A stretch of DNA of 15,682 nucleotides. Source: a virus. Where the stretch lies: positions 1 through 15,682 of the IMG/VR virus record IMGVR_UViG_3300028534_000011. The stretch is one strand, 5' to 3'. Below the pieces are notes generated by a model that had not been told where the DNA came from, ran no database searches, and was given only the letters and a program-made list of their open reading frames with translations. Shown piece by piece: positions 6,393 to 13,814 of this stretch. Made by a program: the position numbers and the translations under genes. Every line of letters starts with the position of its first letter. Within the stretch, counting starts at the first letter, position 1.

Positions 6393-6914
6393 TTATTTAT
6401 ATTTTTTAATAATTTCTTGATATATAGGATCTGATTCTTTTATAAAATTTCCTTCAGGTGTAAGAAATCCTTTTCTATCTTTTATTTCATTATATGCGCA
6501 TTCTAATGCATAATTTGGATCAATATATTCAAATCTAGAATATCCAGTCAGATATTCATAACTTTTTTCAATTAAATCTGCTGCAGACTTGTAATCATGC
6601 TTGATGATTTTATCTCCTATATTACAAATATGTTCTGCAACTTCATTAAGAGAATTAAATTCTTTAGAATAATTAAAATTTATTTCTAAATCGTCTTCTA
6701 ATCTTAACAACTCACTTAAATTAATAAGAACAACTTGAACATCACCTATTGCATCAATCAATTTTTCTTTGTCTAACAATCTTAGTGCTTCATAAATTTC
6801 TGAAAATTCACCCATTAATTTTGCAAATTGAACTAATGGTGAAGCATTTGGAATTATTCCTCTATCTTTACTCCATTGAATCACTTTATTTCTTAATTCT
6901 TCATTCATTTTCAT
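6393..6914 (-). CDS. MazG-like all-alpha NTP pyrophosphohydrolase (candidate dCTPase, functional analogue of T4 gp56)
   Basis: 173 aa. FAKLMGEFSEIYEAL...AIGDVQVVLINLSE is the typical ExxE / GD helix pair of MazG/DCTPP1-type enzymes. The dCTPase role is inferred from context only. Confidence 0.65.
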   Translation of the reverse strand: MKMNEELRNKVIQWSKDRGIIPNASPLVQFAKLMGEFSEIYEALRLLDKEKLIDAIGDVQVVLINLSELLRLEDDLEINFNYSKEFNSLNEVAEHICNIGDKIIKHDYKSAADLIEKSYEYLTGYSRFEYIDPNYALECAYNEIKDRKGFLTPEGNFIKESDPIYQEIIKKYK

Positions 6915-7492
6915 TTCATCTCCTTTAATGTTTGTTTAATTTTATTTAATTCTTCTTTTGTATTAAAATATAAAGTTGATTTATTTGCTTTATATGCAAA
7001 AAAACCATTCATAATAACTAAATCAAGAAAATCTTCTTGATTGTTATTTAATTTTCTAATTTTAAAAATTGAATTATCTTGCCATCCTGTTTTATGTTTA
7101 GTATAACCAAAAATTTTGTTGTTTTTATCCATTTCAAATGAAACATATGCATTTATTCTATATGTTACAGTCATATAATTTATTTTAACAAAATCTGCTT
7201 TTAAAAATTCATCAATATTTGAATCTGAAAAAAACACGTCAGACCAACATATATTTATTTCTCCCAACATTTTATGTAATTTATAAACATCTTTGCCACT
7301 TCCTTTTTGAAAATCTCCAATTAAAAATTCTGATTTTAAATGTTTTATATCTTCATATATTTTAGGTGTTGTAACTATAATTGGAGTTATTCCAAAATTT
7401 TTAAAGACATTTTTATTCCATTCAAATGTTTCCAAAATTTTTGGACTTCCAAATCTGCTTGATTTTCCTGCTGCCATTATAAATATTTCCAT
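6911..7492 (-). CDS. Small GT-A fold nucleotidyltransferase (sugar-phosphate / MobA-CofC-like NTP transferase)
   Basis: 193 aa. The N-terminal IMAAGKSSRFGSPKILE matches the (L/A)AGxGxR(x)nPK signature of GlmU/IspD/MobA-type nucleotidyltransferases. 4-nt overlap with the MazG-like gene. Confidence 0.65.
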   Translation of the reverse strand: MEIFIMAAGKSSRFGSPKILETFEWNKNVFKNFGITPIIVTTPKIYEDIKHLKSEFLIGDFQKGSGKDVYKLHKMLGEINICWSDVFFSDSNIDEFLKADFVKINYMTVTYRINAYVSFEMDKNNKIFGYTKHKTGWQDNSIFKIRKLNNNQEDFLDLVIMNGFFAYKANKSTLYFNTKEELNKIKQTLKEMK

Positions 7493-7501
7493 TTTAACTC
7501 C

Positions 7502-9172
7502 TTATAAAATTGAATTGTCAATGAATTTTAAAATTGTATAAGTATCATAAGGACTTTTTACTTCTAAACACGTCATATTTTCAAACATTTCTTTGTCATT
7601 TCCATCTTTTTCATCAGCGATATAGATTGTTTTATCTAAATTCAAATAAATTTTATTTTTTATTTGTTTAATATTTTCATATTTATTTGTCATTTTACTC
7701 ATTATGTCAATAGTAGATACTCCTGCTTTTCTTATGTATATTTCATTTTTTTCTATTTCATCTTTAAACAATTCAATTAGATAATTATATAATACTTCTC
7801 TGTAATCATCATCTAAAAATCTTAAAGAAATAACAGAATCTGCTCTGTTTTCATATTTTGAAAAATTAAATTTTACTCTTTTAAGAGCATTAAAAATTTT
7901 ATTTTGATCTTTAATAACATTTAATTTTAAAATTATATTTCTTTTATAATCATAAACAGTATTTGCATAATTACAAAAATAATAATTAAATTTTCCTTTA
8001 ATTTCATTTATATCTTTACCTGTTACTAAAATTGTTTCGATAGGCAATTTTTCTACCAATTCAATGACTTTAAGTGATATTTCAATATCATTGATGTTTC
8101 TTGACATTAAAGTATCATCATAATCAATCATTAATGTTTGCAATTTTTTAGGATTTAATCCTTTTTCTTTAAAATATTCTTCTAGTATTTTATATGCTAA
8201 AAGATTTCCATCGTGTTTGTTTTCATAATATTCACTTTTAAAATTACAAACAATTTCATTGTCAACATTTAAATGAATATCTGAAAATACTTTATCAAAT
8301 TTAACATATTTTGAAATGATTTCAAACTGCTCTTTTTTTGAATATCCTTTCATATCTTTATCTGTGGAAACATTCATAATTAAATAAACTTCTTTATTTT
8401 TAATAGATTCATTAAATCCTTTTGTCTTATATGTCGGTATGAGTGATGAAAATTGAGTTCCAGCACTTAAAACAATTAAATCAGAATCTTTTATTATTTT
8501 TTTAGCTCTTTCAGATAAAATTGGCTGTTTTTCATTTCCATACTTGTCAATAAAAAATATGTCTACAATTCTATTATTAGGATTATTCCACTCTACAATT
8601 TTTCCTTCATCATAAATAATATAATTATTTTCAGTTTTTGCACATAAAAACAGAGATGTATCATCTGTCACAATAATATTATTAGGTAAATTTAAATATT
8701 TAGCCATTATATCAGCTGCTTTTTGTAATGAATAATTATTTAAATATGCTAAACCTCCATATATAATATTTGCCAAAGAAAAATCATCATATCTTATTTT
8801 TCTTGCAAGAGGCTGTTCAAAATAAACATTTACTGCTTCTATCAATTCATTTGGAAAATCTTTTATTAATTCTTTAATTTCTTTTTCTGGATTTTTATAA
8901 AATGAATATCTTTTATTTAAAATATTAAAAATTTTTTCAGATTCTTCTGTTTTAATTTCATTTCTATAAAGTTGATAATCAAGAAATTGTTGTTTTCTAA
9001 CGTCTGATGGACCAAGAATATTGCCATCAAAAACTTTTCTTATAAGACCAGTTGATTTACCATTGTCATATGCATTTACGAGCGTATATAAATTTACAAA
9101 AGGAATATATTTTGATAATCCTTTTTTCAATTCTACTGAACCTGTTCCACCTGATACAATAAGTACTTTCAT
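7502..9172 (-). CDS. Fusion protein: N-terminal CofD/YvcK family (UPF0052, 2-phospho-L-lactate transferase-like) plus C-terminal HAD-IIB phosphatase-like domain
   Basis: 556 aa. The N-terminal domain (about aa 1-335) has VLIVSGGTGSVELKKGL, NAYDNGKSTGLIRK...GPSDVRK and DLIVLSAGTQFSSLIPT...VYLIMNVSTDKDMKGYS, collinear with CofD/YvcK motifs. The C-terminal domain has LMIDYDDTL (HAD motif I DxDxT), LVTGKD (motif II) and ADEKDGNDKEMF (motif IV). Confidence 0.7.
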   Translation of the reverse strand: MKVLIVSGGTGSVELKKGLSKYIPFVNLYTLVNAYDNGKSTGLIRKVFDGNILGPSDVRKQQFLDYQLYRNEIKTEESEKIFNILNKRYSFYKNPEKEIKELIKDFPNELIEAVNVYFEQPLARKIRYDDFSLANIIYGGLAYLNNYSLQKAADIMAKYLNLPNNIIVTDDTSLFLCAKTENNYIIYDEGKIVEWNNPNNRIVDIFFIDKYGNEKQPILSERAKKIIKDSDLIVLSAGTQFSSLIPTYKTKGFNESIKNKEVYLIMNVSTDKDMKGYSKKEQFEIISKYVKFDKVFSDIHLNVDNEIVCNFKSEYYENKHDGNLLAYKILEEYFKEKGLNPKKLQTLMIDYDDTLMSRNINDIEISLKVIELVEKLPIETILVTGKDINEIKGKFNYYFCNYANTVYDYKRNIILKLNVIKDQNKIFNALKRVKFNFSKYENRADSVISLRFLDDDYREVLYNYLIELFKDEIEKNEIYIRKAGVSTIDIMSKMTNKYENIKQIKNKIYLNLDKTIYIADEKDGNDKEMFENMTCLEVKSPYDTYTILKFIDNSIL

Positions 9173-9174
9173 TT

Positions 9175-10263
9175 TTACTCCTTCAATAATTCTGATAATT
9201 TTTGTGAATATTCAATTGGATCAATTTTACAATCTTCATATTGCAAATCACAGATTTTTTTGCATAGTTCTTCAGATTCTTTGATTTTCTTTAATTTTTC
9301 TTGTACTTCATATTTATTTTGGACATATAACAATTTTTTAAGCTTTTCATTATTGAATGCTCTTTTTTCTGGATCTAATTTAATATCAATAAATGAAATA
9401 TTATTAGCCAAAACACCTTCATATATTCTTTGATTTAATGTATTTCCATAATATTTTTTATCTCCAATGTTTACAGTTGCTTTAAATTCATTCATTTTAT
9501 TCAAAAATTTTGAATATTCAACTGGTTTTTCAAATTTTGGTGGATTTCCATGAATTTCTGGATTATATTTCTTAAATTTATTTAATGTTATAGGTCCAAA
9601 AACTTCAACATCTAAATCTAATCCAAAATAATATTCTAGAATTTGTTCTTCTCTTTTGCCTCCTCTTAATGTTCCTCCATATCCTAAATCTTTTATTTTT
9701 TTAGACCAATCCCATTTTAATCTTTCATTTAATAATGGAAACTTATAAAACTCAAAAAATTTATAATCTCTTGGTTTGATTTGCTTTTCAATTTGTTTTT
9801 TAAATGGATCTATATTATAAGGCTGATGAATATAAACAATATCATCACGTGTAATTAAAATGTCTTCTTTTTTCCATTTTTTTCCCCAAGGTTTCTTCTC
9901 TACAATTGACCAAATTTGTTTCAAATGAAGCTCAGGATCACAATACATATAATAAACAGGTCCTTTATAACTGTTTATTATTTTATAATTTATAAGTTGA
10001 GTATAATCTTCTTGACCTCCAAAAAAATTTACATTACCATTAATGATAACAAGTGCATCAAAATTATTTTGTAAATTAAAAAATTCATCAATTTGATGCC
10101 CAATTGCAAAATCAATAGGAGGATCATTATTTAATATTTTTGTAAAATAATGAACTTCATTTGTAAATGAAAGAGTTTTAATAATAGAAAGGGCTTCACC
10201 TGAACCTCCTGAAGTCCCTTTGTTTGCAATTCTTGCACCTAATTTGATAACTGCTATTTTCAT
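9175..10263 (-). CDS. DNA beta-glucosyltransferase-like glycosyltransferase (T4 BGT family)
   Basis: 362 aa. Matches to T4 BGT: MKIAVIKLGARI / MKIAIINMGNNV; FDALVIINGNVNFFGG / YDRLIVVNSSINFFGG; YYMYCDPEL / YYLFTDIRL (catalytic Asp); YGGTLRGGKREE / YGGSFRSGQRES (UDP-binding Arg pair); NIGDKKY...NQRIYEGV / IIGDKNY...TLRVWETM. Confidence 0.8.
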   Translation of the reverse strand: MKIAVIKLGARIANKGTSGGSGEALSIIKTLSFTNEVHYFTKILNNDPPIDFAIGHQIDEFFNLQNNFDALVIINGNVNFFGGQEDYTQLINYKIINSYKGPVYYMYCDPELHLKQIWSIVEKKPWGKKWKKEDILITRDDIVYIHQPYNIDPFKKQIEKQIKPRDYKFFEFYKFPLLNERLKWDWSKKIKDLGYGGTLRGGKREEQILEYYFGLDLDVEVFGPITLNKFKKYNPEIHGNPPKFEKPVEYSKFLNKMNEFKATVNIGDKKYYGNTLNQRIYEGVLANNISFIDIKLDPEKRAFNNEKLKKLLYVQNKYEVQEKLKKIKESEELCKKICDLQYEDCKIDPIEYSQKLSELLKE

Positions 10264-10655
10264 TTGTTTTCCTTTAATTCATTTAATTTTTTATCAAGCT
10301 CTAAATTTATAATTTTCAAAGATTTATTCAGAATTGGAGATATTTTTTTGTCAATTTTTAATTCTTTGCCTGCATTATATCCTAAGTAAGAATAAAATAA
10401 ATATTTCTTAGGAATTAAAACAGCAATTAAAATTCCAATAATGACTGTTACTATAATTCCTTTGATGTATCCCATAAGATTTGATTTTATTTTTTTAATT
10501 TTTTCTATTTCTTCTTTTTCTTTACAACAATAATCTAAAACCATTCCATCATACAAAAATAATAAAACTAACATAGAACATCCACCAAAAATTAATATAT
10601 ATTGTAATTTTTCTAATACATCATAAAAATAAAGAAGAAGAAAAATTTTTTCCAT
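10260..10655 (-). CDS. Membrane protein (hypothetical)
   Basis: 131 aa. Hydrophobic segments YILIFGGCSMLVLLFLY and IIVTVIIGILIAVLI. 4-nt overlap with the BGT-like gene. Confidence 0.6.
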   Translation of the reverse strand: MEKIFLLLYFYDVLEKLQYILIFGGCSMLVLLFLYDGMVLDYCCKEKEEIEKIKKIKSNLMGYIKGIIVTVIIGILIAVLIPKKYLFYSYLGYNAGKELKIDKKISPILNKSLKIINLELDKKLNELKENK

Positions 10656-10656
10656 T

Positions 10657-11169
10657 TTAAACTCCTAATTCTTTTTTATAAAATTCTTTAAATTCATTCC
10701 AATAAATAGAATTTTTAATTAATTCTATATATTTTTTATCCCAATTATTAATGTTTGGCAATCCTTGGTGTTTTAATGAATCATCTATATCCCAAACAAG
10801 CATAGGAAAATTATATTTTCCTTCAAAATAATAATGAAAATATTTTTCATTAAATTTATTTGGAAATGTTTCGCATGCTTCTCTCAATTCTTCTTTGTTC
10901 CTAAACAAAATTACTTTATCTGTAAATAAATTTGAAAGTTTATTATGGTTAATGTAATCTTCAATTAAATTTTTATAGCAATAAAACATATCACCAACAT
11001 ATGTATAATAAAATTCATTTTCTGGAATATATAAAATTAATTTTATAGTACCATCTTCAATTTTTTCTTCTATGATTGAATCTTTTGAAATTAAAGTGAT
11101 AATTTCATCTAAATCATCTATATTTTTTGTAATTTTAAATCTTTCAAATAATTCTTTTAATCTTTCCAT
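10657..11169 (-). CDS. Hypothetical protein, first gene of its unit
   Basis: 170-aa ORF. RBS AAAGGAGTTAAAATG downstream of a cassette promoter. Confidence 0.6.
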   Translation of the reverse strand: MERLKELFERFKITKNIDDLDEIITLISKDSIIEEKIEDGTIKLILYIPENEFYYTYVGDMFYCYKNLIEDYINHNKLSNLFTDKVILFRNKEELREACETFPNKFNEKYFHYYFEGKYNFPMLVWDIDDSLKHQGLPNINNWDKKYIELIKNSIYWNEFKEFYKKELGV

Positions 11170-11201
11170 TTTAACTCCTTTTAATTTATTTTAACATTAA
11201 A

Positions 11202-11230
11202 ATTATAACACTTTTTCAAATAAATGTAAA
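11202..11230 (-). promoter_or_regulatory. Sigma70-type promoter: -35 TTTACA (11225-11230), 17-nt spacer, extended -10 TGTTATAAT (-10 at 11202-11207)
   Basis: Minus strand reads TTTACATTTATTTGAAAAAGTGTTATAAT, upstream of the RBS and the ATG at 11169. Confidence 0.75.
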
Positions 11231-11347
11231 TAAAAATTAAAAGAAATTTGTAAAATTTTATTAAATTTCTAAAATTTCATCAGAGATGAATCAAGAAATG
11301 ATTTCTATAAAAGATATATAAAAATATATCAAAATAATTTTTATTCA

Positions 11348-12337
11348 TCAGAGACCTCCAGAGAGGTCCAAAATATATTTGTAATTTCCATAATCATAAG
11401 ATATATAATATTCATTTTTTAGCATTATTTCTTTTTCAGAAAGATTTTCATCATAAAATTTTAAAAATCCTTCTTCATAGTATTTTTTAAGTTTATGTTT
11501 TTGAAATTTTTGCCTTGGATAAATTATTCCATTTTTTATATAAAAATAATTCGGTTTTGTTTCTCCTATCAATTTAAATTTATTTTTGTTATACGTATTT
11601 TCTTTATAAGTCCATCTTTTGTTTCCATAGCTTACCAAATATTTATATTCTTTTAACTCAGGAATATTTTTCAAAGAATATTTTAAAAGTTTACTAAATG
11701 CTCCAATAATAATTGTATACTTTTTAGAAGCAAATCTATATAATTCAAATTCATCTTTTTTGAATCTTGATTTTCCAAAAGTCATTACCGAAACTAATTC
11801 ATTATTATAATATAATCCTATTTTATATTTTGAAGGAATATATCCTTGCAAATGATTTTCTTCTAGAAAATTTGCAGTCTCTTTTGATGAAATTTCTTTA
11901 ATTATACAGTTTCTTGCATATATTTTTTGAATAAAAGGTGCTCTCATTTTAACAGCAATTTTAGATTTCCAGATATCTTTTTTTAAAGAATCTGTCCATT
12001 CATATTCTTTAATTGTAAATAAATGAATTCCTTTTTCTAGACATAAATTATATTTATTAATATATAAATCTTGGTGCCAATAATCTCCATCAAATTCTAT
12101 AGCAAAATTGTATTCTGGGATATAAATATCCAATTCATATGGAGATATGATTTTTCTTGTATTTGTTTGAATTTCTTTAGAATAAAATGATTTTATAAAA
12201 GAAACAATTTCAATTTCATATTGAGATTTGACATTTTTAAAATATAAAGGAATATCTATTTCAAATATTTTAAAAATTTTATGAATAGTTCTATAATTTA
12301 AATTAAAATCTTCACATATTTTTTGTGCATCAATCAT
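11348..12337 (-). CDS. Homing-endonuclease-like protein, C-terminal part (Vsr/PD-(D/E)XK-like nuclease core plus Hef-like C-terminal domain). The open frame continues without a start codon up to 12637.
   Basis: ELDIYIPEYNFAIEFDGDYWH is the typical Vsr/DUF559-type nuclease motif. I checked triplet by triplet that the frame has no stop from 12637 to 11348 (430 codons). There is no in-frame ATG/GTG/TTG upstream of 12337 and no RBS before that ATG. Confidence 0.55.
   Translation of the reverse strand: MIDAQKICEDFNLNYRTIHKIFKIFEIDIPLYFKNVKSQYEIEIVSFIKSFYSKEIQTNTRKIISPYELDIYIPEYNFAIEFDGDYWHQDLYINKYNLCLEKGIHLFTIKEYEWTDSLKKDIWKSKIAVKMRAPFIQKIYARNCIIKEISSKETANFLEENHLQGYIPSKYKIGLYYNNELVSVMTFGKSRFKKDEFELYRFASKKYTIIIGAFSKLLKYSLKNIPELKEYKYLVSYGNKRWTYKENTYNKNKFKLIGETKPNYFYIKNGIIYPRQKFQKHKLKKYYEEGFLKFYDENLSEKEIMLKNEYYISYDYGNYKYILDLSGGL
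11353..11368 (-). terminator. GC-rich stem-loop (GACCTC-TCTG-GAGGTC), here encoding the last codons (LDLSGGL) of the endonuclease ORF
   Basis: Identical core to 6376-6391. The stop codon TGA at 11348-11350 lies in the conserved tcatcagag flank. Confidence 0.4.
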
Positions 12338-12439
12338 ATCTAATTTTTCATCATAATAATTAAAAATAGCATAATAAATATGATTGTATTTTTTCTTAAA
12401 TGTTTCTTTTTCTTTATTAATTCTAATTAAATATGAATT

Positions 12440-12861
12440 ATTTACACCATATTTTTCTTTTAAAGAATTAATAATTTTATTTCTGACTATAGGAGAAGAA
12501 ATAGCATATTCAGTTCCATATTTTTCTAAATTTGTTTTCTTAACTTTTTCTTTTAAACTATCTGATTGTAAAGGAATTATACTTCCATATTTTTCTAAAT
12601 TTGTTTTTTTAATTTTTTCTCTAACTTCTTTAAGAACTTAATGACTATTCAACTCCATATCTTTTTAAATTAGTCTGTTTTATTTTTTCTTTAATTTTTT
12701 CAGATTTTAAAGGATTATCAACTCCATATTTTTCTAAATTTGTTTTCTTGATTTTTTCTTTAATTTTTTCTGATTTCATAGGATTATCAACACCATACCT
12801 CTCTTTTACTGTTTCTTTTACTTTTGCATATTTACATTCTTTTTTTCCACAAGTTTTACTG
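12440..12861 (-). repeat. Six tandem 69-bp (23-aa) coding repeats, consensus KxTNLEKYGVxNPxxSxxIKEKI
   Basis: The YG codon core (ccata on +) recurs at 12447, 12516, 12585, 12655, 12724 and 12793. Spacing is 69 nt throughout, except 70 nt between 12585 and 12655, which is exactly where the ORF breaks. Confidence 0.85.
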
Positions 12862-13121
12862 TAATTTTTACCATTAAATTTTAATTTTTTTTCTTTACAT
12901 ATCGGACAAATAGGCATATATAAAATTTTTTTAAATATACAATAATTTAATTCAGATTTGTTTTTGCACCAATAAAAAGCTTCAAAGGCTTTATCTAATA
13001 AAGAAGGATTATGTTGAAAAATTGTTTTAATACTATTTCTTGTTTTATTTTCAAAATATTCTATCAATTCAAGTCTTACATTATATTTTTCAGGAGAATC
13101 CTGAAATTTATTCTTTTTCAT
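12645..13121 (-). CDS. Homing-endonuclease-like protein, N-terminal part (CxxC...C...C zinc-finger region plus the first KYGV repeats)
   Basis: 158 aa with CPICKEKKLKF...CGKKEC followed by ERYGVDNPMKSEKIKEKIKKTNLEKYGVDNPLKSEKIKEKIKQTNLKRYGVE. It stops at a TAG, while the repeat array continues downstream in another frame. Its start overlaps the end of the hydroxymethylase gene by 14 nt. Confidence 0.55.
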   Translation of the reverse strand: MKKNKFQDSPEKYNVRLELIEYFENKTRNSIKTIFQHNPSLLDKAFEAFYWCKNKSELNYCIFKKILYMPICPICKEKKLKFNGKNYSKTCGKKECKYAKVKETVKERYGVDNPMKSEKIKEKIKKTNLEKYGVDNPLKSEKIKEKIKQTNLKRYGVE

Positions 13122-13803
13122 TTATAAACCTTTCAATATATTTGAAATGCCTTTCATAAACATGAAAACTTGAAGCAGTCCAAATAATAGATCCTAATTC
13201 TAATTCTGGATATGTTTTTTTAAGTTCACTGTATAGTTTATTTTGAACATATTGGGCCCAATATACATCATTTTGAAATCCAAAAACTGCATCATTACTT
13301 CTCATAACATAATGACTAATTAATTTATTGTCTCTAATAAAACATTGATTATACATCGTACAAATAAAATCACTCATTCCATTTTTGTTATATTCATAAT
13401 GCATACTAGGTCTATTATAAATCATAATAGCTCTTCTAGAATAAGGATTTCTTTTTAATTCTCTTATACAATTTTTAAATTGATCATAATTTTCTTTACT
13501 GAAAATAATCCAACCATAATTTGAATTTATAAATCCATCTTTATCTGAAACTTGTTTCCAAATCTCAGGAACTTTGCCTGGAATATCATAGACATTAAGA
13601 CTTTGACTTTCATACCATTCAATTTCTCTTTTTGCATAATCTATGTTTGTTTCTCTTATAATATATGGTTCATCAACTAAAAATGTAACTCCTATCAATT
13701 CAATCAATTTTGCACCTGTTTTATCAATGACAAAATCTTTATTTTTATATTTTTGAATAATCATATTTCTAATGTCTTTAATTTTAAGCATTTTTTCAAA
13801 CAT
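13108..13803 (-). CDS. Deoxycytidylate 5-hydroxymethyltransferase (T4 gp42-like dCMP hydroxymethylase)
   Basis: 231 aa, collinear with T4 gp42 at the same residue numbering. Matches: KDFVIDKTGAKLIELIG / KDFVVDKTGVKTIEIIG; REIEWY (Glu60); INSNYGW; NPYSRRAIMIYNRPSM; GMSDFICT (Cys148); MRSNDAVFGFQND (Asp179, the cytosine-specifying residue where thymidylate synthases have Asn). Confidence 0.9.
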   Translation of the reverse strand: MFEKMLKIKDIRNMIIQKYKNKDFVIDKTGAKLIELIGVTFLVDEPYIIRETNIDYAKREIEWYESQSLNVYDIPGKVPEIWKQVSDKDGFINSNYGWIIFSKENYDQFKNCIRELKRNPYSRRAIMIYNRPSMHYEYNKNGMSDFICTMYNQCFIRDNKLISHYVMRSNDAVFGFQNDVYWAQYVQNKLYSELKKTYPELELGSIIWTASSFHVYERHFKYIERFINEKE

Positions 13804-13814
13804 TTTTTCTCCTT

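Larger units (their letters stand above)
11170..11369 (-). repeat. Regulatory cassette copy D (complete; its distal stem-loop lies inside the 3' end of the endonuclease ORF)
   Basis: Same block order as copies B and C. Hairpin 11276-11290 (TTCATC-AGA-GATGAA) and stem-loop 11353-11368. Confidence 0.85.

Noticed and set aside
6394-6401. T4 late-promoter-like TATAAATA matches on the minus strand
   Set aside because: In DNA this AT-rich such octamers are expected by chance. This one lies inside the end of a coding region with no consistent positioning before genes.
12440-12861. The regularly spaced 69-bp repeats could be mistaken for a CRISPR array or an iteron array
   Set aside because: The units are directly tandem with no unique spacers. 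Their length is a multiple of three, and they translate into a conserved 23-aa KYGV protein repeat continuous with flanking coding sequence. No cas genes are present.
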